NCBI GenBank assembly: GCA_951406725.2
Contig: OX597826.1
Coordinates: 18,786,001-18,850,000, forward strand
DNA length: 64,000 nucleotides
Source: Octopus vulgaris
Lineage: Eukaryota
Direction of reading: 5' to 3'
Below the pieces are notes generated by a model, which saw nothing but the letters and a program-made list of their open reading frames with translations, made no database searches and was not told the DNA's origin. Position 1 is the stretch's first letter, and each line of letters begins with the position of its first letter. A program made the translations under genes and the position numbers. Shown here piece after piece: positions 12,824 to 26,290 of this stretch.

Positions 12824-13829
12824 CTCCAGCTATTGGAAGCTTATCTCCCTACCTATCTTGGGTATATACCTATCCTCTTACTTAGCTATCTATCAACTTA
12901 AATATTCCTTTATTCTGCTATAGACTTCAGGCCAAAAGCTGTTGCCATGCTGGGGCACCACCAGTAATAAGTCAAGTACCTCAGTCTCAATTCTATCCTC
13001 TGCTTGTATTTGCATTCATACCTCCTTGTCTACACTTTGTATGTCTATCAATCTGGCTTTTTGGGGGCATGTGTATCAGAGCAACAGAAAGGGAGAGAGA
13101 GAGAGAGAAAGGGAGAGACAGAGAGAGAGAGGGGGGGAGAGAAATAAAGAGAGAACTGTAGACTGGCAGAAATAGATAGATAGATAGACATAGACACATA
13201 CATGTAAATATGGGTATAGACACAGACACATACACAAACACACACACACACACACACACATACTACCACTTCCTTCCCCCAGATGCTGTTAACCCCAAAA
13301 AATCTGTATTGACACCAAATTCTTTAAAATAAAGCAGAGTGAACGTGGTTTGAAAGTTTTATTGATAAATTGGTCAGGTGGTTATCAATTAGAAATATAC
13401 AACCACACACACACACACACACACACTCTATCACACACATGAGTATATAGCTATATACACCCACATACTATGCATGTGTTAGTGTGTAAACACACACATA
13501 GATTTATACATAATACTGTCTGGACATAATATATTTTCTCCTATTAATTACATACACAGCCACAGCCACACACACACACACACAGCCACACACACACATG
13601 CACCCACACACTTTATCTCGTTCTTTTTCCGTCCTTTCTCTTCCTCCTTTTCACATTACCATTGCTATTTCCTTGCTCTTTTCTTTTTATCTCTCTCTCT
13701 CTCTCTTTTTCCCCCTCTGTTTTAATCTTCCTCTTTCTCTCAGTTGATTGTGTCTGAATGTATGAATGTGTTTCTGTTTATTTCTATGAGGTGTGTGCAT
13801 GTGTGTGTGTGTGTATGTGTGTGTGTGTG

Positions 13830-13869
<40 letters not shown>

Positions 13870-15013
13870 GTATATGCGTGTCTGTGTTTGGTGTGTTAGT
13901 ATGCGTGCATGTGTGAGTATGTGTTTATGTGTGTGTGTACAGAAATGTTTAATTTTACATGTAAGTGTGAGTGAGTGTGTGTAAGTGTGTGTGTGTGTGT
14001 GGGGTGGGTGTATTGCTATGTATCAATGGAGAGGTGGTAGAGGAGAGGAAGATTCACAGCAGGGGTGGAAGGAAAGGAAAGCAGCAAGTTGATGATGTTG
14101 TTGTTGAAGATGATGATCATGATTGTGATGTTTAAGGTGATGGCCATGGTTTTGATGATAATGATGATAATAGTGATGAAGATGGGGTAATAGTAATGAT
14201 GGTGATGATGGGAGGGACCGTGAGGGTTATGATGGTGTTGTTGTTGGTGGTGGTGGTGGTGGTGTTGGTGGTGGGGAGTGATGATGACAATGATGATGTA
14301 ATTATTGAAAGTGAAATGTTTTGATTGCAAATTAAATTTATATTTGTGGACATTTATCTTCATTCTCACATAATGTATGAAGCCGGAGATTTTTTTTTAG
14401 ATTCACACATTTCATACTTCTTCTGCTCCAGACTGACAGAATAACAAGAAAATCTCCTCTATATCATATTTTTTTTTTTGCCTTTATCTGGAAGAAGAGT
14501 CTGTGCTTATGGCTTTCCCAGTTCCTTTGTAACCAGTGAGGTCGAGCCATGAACAATTTTTCTTCTGCAGAAGCAAGCTGGTAGCTTTAGGGAAAGGATG
14601 TGCTGGGGTGGACAATTCCAGAAGACCTATGTTCTGAGAAATAAGGGCTGGGATTGGCCTGGTGGGGGAAGTTCCTGAATGGGAGGTGGTACAAGAGTAG
14701 CCAACTTAGAGGAACAGAACTTCTGTAGTAGCACTAGAAAAGCAGAGAAAGAGAGAGAAAGAGAGAGAGAGGGGGAGGAGAGAGAGAGGGGGCGAGAGAG
14801 AGAGAAAAGAGGCAGCACAGTTGTGGGTCAGAGGTAGACATGTAAGTGTTTAACACTTGTAAGTGAAGAAGGAAAAAGCACTCTATACGCAAGCAACATG
14901 TGTCATTCTATGGCATCTACAATGGTATTTTTTCATAGGGTCACTAAACATTTCCCTTTTTACAAGAAATACATAATAGATTTTGGTAATGAAGCATTTT
15001 GCTTTTGTACTCA

Positions 15014-15219
15014 GGCACAGGCTTGGCTGTGTTTCAAGAAGTTTGCTTCCCAACCACATGGTTCCAGATTTCAGACCCCACTTTAAGGCATCTGGGACAA
15101 GGGCCTTCTACTATAGCTATGGGCAGACCGAGGTCATGTGAGTGGATTTGACAGAGGGATACTGAAAGAAGCCCGTCTGTGTGTGTGTGTGTGCGCATGT
15201 GTGTGCGTGTGTGTGTGTG

Positions 15220-15275
<56 letters not shown>

Positions 15276-15485
15276 TTTGTGTCTATGTTTGTCCCCCACC
15301 ACCGCTTGACAATTGGTGTTGGTGTGTTTATGTCCCTGTAACTTAGTGGTTCAGCAAAAAAGACCAACAGAATAAGCAGCAGGCTTTAAAAAATAAGTCC
15401 TGGGGTTAATTTGTTCAATAAAAACCCTTCAAGGAGGTGCCCCAGCATGGCAGCAGCCAAATGACTGAAACAAGAGAAAAAAGAT
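15014..15485 (+). mobile_element. Full-length SINE family A
   Basis: Colinear with 3363-3776. Confidence 0.9.
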
Positions 15486-15844
15486 TAATCTAAAGGGAAG
15501 TAAGTAATATAAAGCACTGGTGAAAAACCTGCCTAGGTTCAAAATACAGGTTCAAGTCTTGCTTGTGCTAGACACTTTATATGTCAGTTATTCAACCACG
15601 AGAGGGATGAGCTCAAGTCGACCATCTTAGCAGTTCACCCCTACATAAATGACTCATAATGGTTACACAATGAAATTTCAAGAATTATGGAACACGGTTT
15701 TACTCTCTTTTTAATGGGAAAGAATGTAACTGGTCCTTAAATGAGATTTTATTTTATTCTATTTGTTGCAATGGAACACCAGACTTTCTCAATTGCTGAA
15801 TAAGCATCACTGCTTATTTTTGATGCTTAGAAGAATGAAGATTG

Positions 15845-16035
15845 TTGTTGTTGTTGTTTAAGTTCAACTCAATCAGTCCAAGTTGTTCCAATCATGACCA
15901 TCCCATCTTTTTCAGGAGTATCAAAGACTACCTTATCTAATGTAGCCCTTTTCTTTATATGACAGTAGGGTGTAATTTGAGGAAGACTTGGCTGCTATTT
16001 CTAGCAGGTTGAATGGCTACATTGAGGCTCCTTGC
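15845..16035 (-). mobile_element. SINE-like repeat (family D) with (AAC)n tail
   Basis: Minus: CCTGCTAGAAATAGCAGCCAAG..CAAATTACACCCTAC..GGGATGGTCATG..AAACAACAAC; related pieces at about 23590-23720, 54335-54500, 60030-60150 and 62130-62210. Confidence 0.65.
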
Positions 16036-17392
16036 TTGGACAATTAGATGTAATCCATAGATTCATTATTCAATTAGTGGATTTGACGCAGTGTGTAATA
16101 TGGGTGTGTATGTTGATGATGTGGGGTAGAGGTGTATATTAACGGTGGTTGGTATGTTGTGGTACCTTGTGGTAGGGTGTAGTGCAACAATGTGTATTGG
16201 TAGTGAACTGATGTGGTGTCTGGTGTGTTGATGTTGTAGTTTGGTGTAGTGTAATATGGTGGCATGTATTGATTTATGTTTGACCAACATTCCAACCATG
16301 ACCATCAACAAAATAGCTTTTACCTGGTTGTTGTAAGAATGTGATGCTATGCCCAAAAGTGATAACTAATATTCTGTTTGAAGGTTAAGTTAAGAGTAGT
16401 TGTATGGAAGAGAAATTAGGGATTAGATTTGAGAGCATGCATATGATGTGAAAAGTAGTATAGTAATGATGATGATGATGATGGTGGTGGTGATGATGAT
16501 GATGATTATCATTATTATTTTTACAAACATTTTTTCTACTAATAGGTGTTTTGGGTGTGTACGTGTGTATTTATATGTCTGGTAGTACATGGGTGTGTTG
16601 CATGTGTGTGTATTTTTGAGTATGTGTGTGTGTATGGTACATCCACGTGTATCTGTGTGTATGTGTGAGTTCTGCAACTTCCATATTCATTAGGTCCTCC
16701 TTAATTCTTCCCCCTGTCTTCTACTTTCAACCTGACAACAAAACGCATCACTACCATCCATACACCCCCTCCCAACACCTCCATAAAACCTCCCACATTC
16801 TTCAACACCCCATGACCACCATCGCCACCACCACCACCGCTATTAATATCATCCCTATCACACCAACACCAGCCATTCCCCCCCATATGAAGTATTATCA
16901 CCAACACTGTGACCACCACCACCACCACCACCACCACCATACCATCATGATCATCCTCATACCATCACAGCCACATCAGCATATATAACCTACCACTTAA
17001 CCGATCCAGTTTTCTTTGAAGGGAAAAAGAGGTGACAGAGTGGTGGTGGTGGTGGCAGTTGTGCTGGCAGTGGTGGTGGTGGTGGTGGTGGTGGTGTGGT
17101 GGTGGTGGTGGTGGTGGTGTTGGTGGTGGTGATGCCTTTGTGTGTTTGTGGTGCAATGTGGTGGTAGGGATGTGGCGATAGTGGCAGTGGCGGATGCATG
17201 GAATTGAGTGATGTGGGGGTGGGGGTGGGGGGTAGCGATGGTGATGGCAGTGTGGTGCGGAGTTGGTGCTGTGATACGGTGAGAGGATACATTAACTCTA
17301 CTCTCCAACACCACTCCACGGGTTTTACATTTTGATTTCTTTTTCAGTTTTAATTTGATTAAAATTGATTTAACTCTTTATTGACTTATTGC

Positions 17393-17442
<50 letters not shown>

Positions 17443-19148
17443 CAGCAGCAGCAGCAGCAGCAGAAGCAGTTGTTGTTGCTATTATACAGTTGATGATGAT
17501 GATGATGATGGTGTTATTGTAAAAGTGCTGTTATTATTGAGTTGATGTTGTTGTTGTGGTATTATTGTTGTTATCAATATACAGTTGTTACTGTGCTGTT
17601 GTTGTTTTCACTGTTATTCTGTTGTTAATGTCCCATTGTTTTTGCTGTTGTATTATTATTATCATTATTATTATTATTATTATCATTATTATTATTATTT
17701 TTATTATTATTATTATTGTTGTTGTTGTTGTTACTGTTACTGCAGTTGTTGTTATATCACTGCTCCGACTATTGCTGTTGTTGTTCTTCTTGTAATTGCT
17801 ACTAATGTGGTCTTTGTTATTATTATTATTATTACTGTCATTGTTGTTGTTGTTGTTGTTAATGGTTCTGCTGTTGTTGTTGTTGTTGTTGTTGTTCCAG
17901 ACATTTCCCTCCATAGTAACGACCAGTATCTGCTCGAGAGGGCAAAGGAAGTCAACAAGCCGAATCGATGCCGTTCATTTCAATAGATCTAAAGAGTTTT
18001 TCTTTCAGCCATTTCTTGCCAGTTCTTGGCACTCATGAATAAATTAATAATTTCTCACAATGTACTGAGCACCTTTCAAAGAAAAGGATTGCTCTCTTTC
18101 TCTCCCTTCTGCCCCAGCCCTCCCCACACCCACTGCACAAATTAGAAGAGAAATGAAACAACAAGAACAGCAGCAACAACAATAACTAAGAAGTCAAAAG
18201 CATTTTCAGCATATGTATATATGTATATATATATTTCTTTTTTTTTTTTTTTAGTATTTATAATTCTTAATCTTCCTGCTTTTCTTTTTTTTTCTCTACT
18301 GGGGTCTGAAGGTTTCATCTTTTTTTATTCATTTGACAAAAATGAGACTGACCTCCCCCAGTTCCCCTCCCCTACCACATTCCATTTCATTATCCATGAC
18401 TAGTCAAAAATATGTTCGGTCAACTTTGGTTCTGGTTAAAAATCATTAAATTCTGCTCCGTTTAACCTTCAAAATGCCAAGTTTTAATATTTTGGAATTT
18501 GTTTTTAAAATTCTATTTTTTAATTTGCATATTAAAAGTTAGTTGTTGTTGTTCTTATAGTTTTATTAGTTGTTGTTGTTATTCTTGTAAGTTTATAGGG
18601 TATTTATATAGTTATTATTGGGGGGGGGGGTTCCTCTCTCAAATGGTAATTTAGAGCAAGTTGATGTATTTCAAATTATTTAAGAATGCATACAAAATTT
18701 TGCGATGCATTGATAGCTGCACCTTGGCATAATGCACTGAGAATAGGCAAGAGTAGTTGTAAATTAAGATTCATTGATGATATTGTTGCAACTTCATAGA
18801 AGTATGTTTTTACAAATTTGTTGAGGTTAAATGAATATGCTTTTAGTAAATTCTAATGGATCCATGTACTTTAGCATTTTTAGGTCAGTTTTGAAAGTAA
18901 TTTATGAATATGAGTGTTTCAATGTGTTCAGCTCATGGCTATACATGTAGATTATTATCAATAAGCATGTATGTGTGTGATGTGTGCATATACATATAGG
19001 CGTATGTGTAGGTGTGCGTGTGTGCATACAGATGCACATACATATATATATATATGTGCATGTGTATGCACACATATATATATATATAAATATATGTATG
19101 TGCATGTGTATGCACACACACATACACACACACCTATATGTATATGTA

Positions 19149-19188
<40 letters not shown>

Positions 19189-19254
19189 AGAGGTAGTGTT
19201 TGTCACTACTTCAATGTGGCTGTTTGTACAAACCAATATTACTACCAAATTTAA

Positions 19255-19914
19255 CCCCAAGAGGACGCCACCTCTAGCTGATTATTGATGCAATCTGCAC
19301 CCAATATATATTGCAGTCAAGGGAGGGAACCCCTACCATCTTCTAGTGACGTAACAGGACCACCAGACCATCCAGTGTTGGACTATTTTTACCCATCCTC
19401 AGTAGTTGACACCCATCCGCTAGAGATAGCAGTAGTTTGTTCCAGCTCGCAATATATAGAAAAATAAGTGACAACCAGTCACTGATCTTGCAACAAGCAA
19501 AGTAGCTGGTTATAAAGTCTCTATAAGAGATGAAGGTAGTAACTGTACTGAGAAGTGTAGTAGTAAATGGTAGTAACATCAGTTTGTATGGAACCGTCAT
19601 ATTGAAGTGGCGACAAACATTACTTTCCAGTACAGTTACTACCTACATCTCTTATAGAGACTTTATAACTAGCTACTTTGCTTGTTGTAAGCTCAGTAAC
19701 TGATTGTTACTAATTATTCCAAGCTGGAACAAAGTACTGCTATCTCTAGCGGATGGGTGTCAACTACTGAGGATGGGCAAAAATAGTCCAACATTGGATG
19801 GTCCTGTGGTCCAGTTATGTCGCTAGAAGATGGTAGGGGTTCCCTCCCTTGCTTGCAATATATATTGGGTGCAGATTATATCAATAATTAACTAGAGGAG
19901 GCATCATCTTGGGA
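19255..19914. mobile_element. Palindromic piggyBac-type MITE (660 bp)
   Basis: TTAA at 19251-19254 and 19915-19918; termini CCCCAAGA / TCTTGGGA; arms 19255-19556 and 19622-19914 are reverse complements with scattered substitutions. Confidence 0.85.
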
Positions 19915-20596
19915 TTAAAAAATAAACTTTATGTCAGAAAGGTAACTTAAAAACTCCAATAGACTGATAAAAAAAAAACAGACTGAAAATAATGCTGTGT
20001 CATTATAATTGATCAAAAATCTTTGAAGGCTGTGGTAAGGTGATACTTCAATGATTGAAAAAAAATTAAAGAAATAAAAAATATGAATCGGAATCACATT
20101 TACCCATTATTAGCTAGAATATTCATAAATGAATTGGCAGAGTTGCTCAGGCAATTTACTCAAAGGTGCCATGGTTCAAATCTACAGCTGGTGGTGCTTT
20201 AGAGTATTCTGCATTCTCCATTGTTGCAATTCACCTATGAATTGGAAATAGGCAGGAGATCAATACGGCAATATTCACCATTAGACCAGAATTTGCAAAC
20301 TGTCTTGTTATTGGATCCAGCCTGTGGCTCTTATATATACATATGATAGATAACATATACAATCCATTCTGTATGCAGCTCATTATGAAAAAGCTTCCAT
20401 TTGTCAATATCTTCATTTGCTCCTATGTCATGTGAAACAAAGGAATTGAAAATTCTGTTGATATCTCATATTGACTTTTGGTGCAAAATGCATTCTTGGT
20501 TATATCAGCAAAATCCCATGTGAGAGTTTCTCCCATAGTATCTACCACAGTATAGTTTGTTTTAACAGAATATTCCCATTTGAGTGGAGATAAATA

Positions 20597-21152
20597 CAGG
20601 GTTATTCAAACAGAAAGAGCAGATTTCAAATTTATTTTTAAAACAAACGCTAAGAGACACAAACACATTCTACATATTTCTTGATAGGGGAAGGTTTAAA
20701 GTTTATTTGAGATATGTACACACAACATGAGCACCATGTGTTGCTTGACAAACAGAAACAGTAGTCTATTTCTTGCCACACTCGAAACAACCGATCCGTG
20801 GATAGTGTAACAAGCTGGATCTTTATTGAATTGGTGGCAAAATTCACATTGCACTTGCACAATCGATTTTCATTTCTCAAACTGCAGCACACAAAAAGAC
20901 TTTTTTTGTGGCGTCACTATTTTCAAAGGGATTACACAAATGAAAATTATACATCTTTAAATAAAATGAAGAAAATGAAGCAGTAAAACAAAATTAAAAT
21001 ATTATTTTATTAAAGGCTTAATTCTGTTGATCATATTCAGCTACAAACTTTAAACCTTCCCCTATCAAGAAATATGTAGAATGAGTTTGCGTCTCTTACC
21101 GTTTGTTTTAAAAATAAATTTGAAATTTGCTCTTTCTTTTGGAATAACCTCG
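20597..21152 (-). mobile_element. Internally deleted Tc1/mariner element (DUF4817/Tc3-like transposase remnant)
   Basis: TA|CAGGGTTATTC...GAATAACCTCG|TA with ~107-bp TIRs; minus strand encodes N-terminal TPQKKSFCVLQFEK*KSIVQVQCEFCHQFNKDP joined to C-terminal RVWQEIDY. Confidence 0.85.
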
Positions 21153-21465
21153 TATTACCTGTCAGTATTAATACTGTCTCAGTCACTAATATATATCAGT
21201 TGATATCAAGTTGGTCACATTTGATTAGTAAAGGAGTTTGGTGAAGAACCCTTTCTGTGATAAGAGAAGGAAGATTAACTAAGCTTGCCTCAGGGCAATC
21301 TTGATTGTATGAGTATGTACAACAATTTGAAAGAAATGTGGATCATTTATTCTATGCAAGTAGCTTGGACCTTTCTTGTCCTTTTTTATGCACTTTGCAA
21401 TATATGTTTCCTCTACCATTCTCCAGTCACAGCTCCATAGTTCATGTTTATATATATATATTTAA

Positions 21466-21644
21466 AGGACACAATGCATATCATTAAGTGCCACTAATAA
21501 TTTCATATGTTGAGAAATATCCCAAACATATTCTTCAGGCACAAACCATAAGTAATCATCCCTGTTTGTGCCTGAAGAATATGTTTGAGATATTTCTCAA
21601 CATATGAAACTGTTAGTGACACTTAAAGACATGTATTGTGTCCT
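21466..21644. repeat. Inverted repeat (~80-bp arms, 17-bp loop) with outward-facing hammerhead-like motifs
   Basis: Arms 21466-21546 and 21564-21644; right arm reads GTGC-CTGAAGA-ATATGTT..AACATAT-GAAACT-GTT-AGTG-ACAC. Confidence 0.85.
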
Positions 21645-22829
21645 GGCTTACCGGTTTTCATTCAAACTGTCCAACCCATGCTAGCATGGAAAGCGGACAT
21701 TAAATGATGATGACGACGATGACGATGATGAGAATGATGATATATATACATCATAAATAATGCATATGTACACACATGCACACACATACACACATGCATA
21801 CACATACACATGCGCACACACACATATACTTTATATTATATTTATTATAAAACACAATATAGCATTTTATTATAAATATTACACATTTAGAGAGTGATTG
21901 TCTATTCTAATTGATATCACAAGACATTTCAATTTTGCTCAGAATACAGGCTTTTGGTTTTCATTTGTACTGAAGTGAAAGGGGTTAGTTAACCACATTG
22001 GTGATTACTTATGATATACAGTGGAAAATGGCTGTTTAAGGGGTTGGACTCTTTTTGATTGTGTTTAAACAAATAGATAACTAATTATTGACATAGACCC
22101 TTTTGAGGTCAATAAAATACGTCCCAGTTGAACACTGGGATTGATGTAATCAACTTATTACCACCCCTGGACTTGCTGGGCTTGTGCCAAAATTTGAAAC
22201 CAATTATAGACTTATACACACATACACATGCACACACTCACATGTACACAAATGCATATACATACATATACACATGCACACATATGCACACACACACACA
22301 CACGTACAAGTCTGCATAGACATATATGCAAACGCACACATATGCAAGCATAGATATGTACACACAATATTAACATGTTATTGCTATCCGTCAAGGTTAA
22401 ATCTATTGCCAGCTATCATCTTTTAGGTAGAATATAAATCATGTGGAACCTTTGTGTAGAATTTGTTGTTTGATCATACCTCACATTGTCAGGAGAAAAT
22501 AGGTCATGTGATTGACATTTCAGCTGTTCATGTAAAGATTGCCATTCTTGAGACTACTCACACATCAAAAGCAGCCAGATATTAACCTTAGATTCAAGAA
22601 AACTATCTTTAGGAAATGTCAAGTTTGGGTTTTACTAGAATCATTGTTTAAGACTTCTAGTACATTGTTTGGTTAAACTTTGTCTGACAAATCTGAAGAC
22701 TGATAATATCTGGTTTCTAAAATAATAGCAGTGTTTCTGAAAATTGAAGAAAAGAGTTACAATACCATGATGTCAACCAATATTGATCAATGAAAGATAG
22801 TAGAAGCAGAATGGCTGAGAGGCAGAGAT

Positions 22830-22903
<74 letters not shown>

Positions 22904-23136
22904 CATGTGTGTGTTTTCATATCTGTTTCAAGTATTTAGTTGTTATTGTTTTGCTCCAGGTCTACTCTGGGTCTAAGCCATGATGTCCCATCTTTTTGCA
23001 TATCAGGGTCTGCAGTATGCAATGTATTTAAAATAGTCGGCAGAGTAAGATTTCATCAAATACATTGTAAATTAGCTACAGCTTAAGGCCTTACAATGCT
23101 CAGGGGTTTCAAAATAATTATCAAGCAGATGTGTAA

Positions 23137-23530
23137 GGCACAGGTAGGGCTATGTGGTAGAAAGGTTGCTTCCCAACCACATGGCTCTGGGTTAAATCCC
23201 ACTGCGTAGCAAGTGTCTTATCCTATAGCTTCAGGTCGAATAAAGCCTTGTGAGTGGATTTGGAAAACAGAAACCAAAAGAAGCCCATTGTATAGGCGTG
23301 TGTGTGTGTGTCTTTGTGTCTGTGTTTGTCCCCCACCACCACCACCACTATTACTCAACTAGTTTTGGTGTGTTTATGTCCCCAAAACTTAGCGGTTTGA
23401 CAAAAGAGAACAATAGAATAAGTACCAGGCTTAAGAAAAAAATGAAGTACTGGGGTCGATTCATTTGACAAAAAATTCTTTAAGATAGTGGTCCAGCATG
23501 GCCACAGTCTAATGAGACTGAAGCAAGTAA
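23137..23530 (+). mobile_element. Full-length SINE family A
   Basis: Colinear with 3363-3776. Confidence 0.88.
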
Positions 23531-24109
23531 TCGGTAAAGTTAATAGATGTTCCCATTGTTTGTGAAGATATTCTGGAATAATTTTTAATATAGGGCCTCT
23601 ACCTTTTTTTAAAATTAAGGCTTCATCAATAACGCTGATATATTGGGTAAGACATTTGGCTTCTATTTCCAATAGATAAAGTAACTGCATAAAGCTGGAG
23701 AGAGAAACCTCTGTTAAAAAGGTTCCTCGGGGATGAACTACAAATATTCCACAAATGCATAAGAACCATTGAAAAAAATAGGGAGGCTTTAATTTTACAA
23801 ATTCATATTTATGTAACTTCTATGAAATTACTATTTCAATGTTATTGGTTTATATAGGTTATTGATTTGTATGGATATTCCAATAGTTTCAAATTGCAGT
23901 GTGATAGAGAGTTCACCAACCACTGGCATCATAGAACTCCACTTATATTCTGAAAGTGTGGAAATGATTCCCTACCATTGGCTTACAGAAATATTTATTA
24001 AATAAGAAGTACTTCACCTAACTGTAAAGAACTTCTAGAAAGTTAACTTATGAGAGGCTGACATCCTATCCAGTGTTAGTTTTATTTCTCACCTAATTGT
24101 ATGTGACTT

Positions 24110-24185
24110 TGAGTGAAACTGGAGTGAAATTATAGTGAAACTAGGGTGAAACACATAAAACTGGAGTGAAAATGGAGTGCAACTG
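24110..24185. repeat. Degenerate 11-bp minisatellite (GAGTGAAACTG)n
   Basis: About 6-7 imperfect units visible. Confidence 0.75.
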
Positions 24186-24226
24186 ATTGTCTCTACAGTG
24201 CATATATAATAGTGTAAATCTCAGTA

Positions 24227-24820
24227 TATGCTGACGACCTTGCTTTAATTGCTGCTGAGTCACTATCAGAACTAGAGGAGAAGTTTCAAGTGTGGAAACA
24301 AGGATTAGAATCGAAGGGACTTAGAGTCAACCTAGCTAAAACAAAAGCCCTAATAAGTAGGAAGGCAGCCAAACCACAAATCCCTTCAGGTTGTTGGCCC
24401 TGCTCGATCTGTAGTAAAGGCGTAGGTAGAAACTCTATACGATGTACCCAGTGTAAGCTATGGACACATAAGAGGTACAGCAATATCAAAGGAAGGCTAA
24501 CTGGGAAGATAGTTTTTGTATGTGGCGGATGCTCGGGTGCAATAAACACTGAAAATGAGCAGAGAACAACTTCTGCCACATTCCAGGGAGAAAAACTAGA
24601 AGTAGTTGATAGCTTCCGTTACCCAGGTGACCAAGTCAGTAGCAGGGGTGGGTGCTCTAAAAGTGTAGCTGCTAGAATAAGAATAGCCTGGGCAAAGTTC
24701 AGAGACCTCTTACCTCTGCTGGTGACAAAGGGCCTCTCACTCAGAGTAAAAGGTAGACTGTATGATGCATATGTACAAACAGCCATGCTACATGGCAGTG
24801 AAACATGGGCTGTGACTGCT
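24227..24820 (+). mobile_element. RTE-clade LINE reverse transcriptase fragment with PHD-like insertion
   Basis: Open frame YADDLALI...GLRVNLAKTK...CSIC..CTQC.LWTH..CGGC...FRYPG...RIRIAWAKF...LHGSETW. Confidence 0.9.
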
Positions 24821-25139
24821 GTTTGTGTATATATGTATGTGTATATGTGTGTATGATTGTATTATATATGCATAGATGCATGAAGCTGTTTGCTTCAAAA
24901 TTGTGCCCCAGGTTTGATCCTATGGTGCAGCATCTTAGATATGTGTCTTTCACAATAGCCTTAAGTCTACCAAAGCCTTCTAAGTGAAATTGGGTACATG
25001 GAAACAGTGTAAAAGCCTGCCTGTTTGACTGTCCATGCAGTTTAAAAATCCAACCTTGTCATATTGTGTCTCACTGATTTTGCTTCAGAATTATACATAT
25101 TAAGTGTACATGTGTCTATGGATGCATCAATAGTTATGA

Positions 25140-26290
25140 GAGGCAGAAAGACAAAGGGGCCTGAGATGTCTGAAAGGTAGAGGCACAAGACCTGCTAGCT
25201 CCAAGGAACAAAGGCCATTATTGTAATGATAGGAATGACAGAGAGAGGAGACAGCACACATGTGCACCAGAGACCGAATTAGTTCTACTTAGTTAAGTGA
25301 CCCTTCTATGGATGTGATTCAGGATGCTGGTGGGTCTAGCATCAGCACCATCCTCAATGTAGATCAGTAATCCCCTGCAGGCCTTCAGTTGAGCCTTGTA
25401 GATTATCAGCAACTACTGGGGGCTGAAATATTTTCTGAACCTGAAGAGAAGGCCCAGTCTTTGGGATATGGTCCTAGCTATGTTGAGGATGTACTTTTGC
25501 TTGTGATAATAAGACACAGTGTTTGAAGTAACTATGAGGGTTCTAGCTGAGTATCACACGTTTAGTGGTAGTTTGATGTAGCAGTTTTTCGCTTGATATG
25601 AGTAGTGTTTGATTTTGATACAGGTAAAAGAATTATGGTCAGAATGGTTTCACTAAAGGATTCTCACAAGGTCTCTGTTAATGGAATCAATATAGGTTCA
25701 GCTTGTCTAGGCTGGTTGTGAACAAAGCAAGGCTGGAGAAAGTTATGGAGGAATGAAGGGTCATATCATCTGCATAAGATTAAGTGTTGTTGGATGTGAC
25801 AGTAAGGTCATTGATCAATAAAAGGGAGAGAGGTGAGTGCAAATCTAACTCAGGAGAATTCTAGAGTTGATTAAAAATGAGGCAAGATGGAGCCCATAGG
25901 CAAAAAAGTTTGATTGGAGATTCACATGCCAGATGGAGTTGAAAGCTTTGCAGATATCTCAGGTAACATATTGCTTTCACTGAACTTCTTTAAAGCGAGA
26001 GCCAACAGGTGAGTGACACAATAAAGCAGGCTTTGAAGCAGATTTGTCTTTCTGAAAGCCAGACTGGGGGTCGCTGAAGGGAGAGAGAAATTCAAGGTAC
26101 CGGAGAATATTATTGTTAATAGTTGGCTCTTTCACATTAGAGATGTTAAAGATCGGGGTAATAGTATAATAGTTGGCCAGGTCAAAGGTGTTGCCTTTCT
26201 TTGGAACAGAGCATATTGAAGCATGCTTCAAAGTGTCAGGATGCGTCCCTGTAGAGAGTGTGAGATTAAAGAGTTTGGTGAATGTATGTG
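25140..26290 (-). mobile_element. Degenerate CR1/L2/Jockey-group LINE RT region
   Basis: KHASICSVPKKGNTFDLANY..I..ISNV.E.TINNNIL.YLE....SD.QSGF.K; a YADD-like segment (TATGCAGATGAT) on minus near 25770. Confidence 0.8.
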
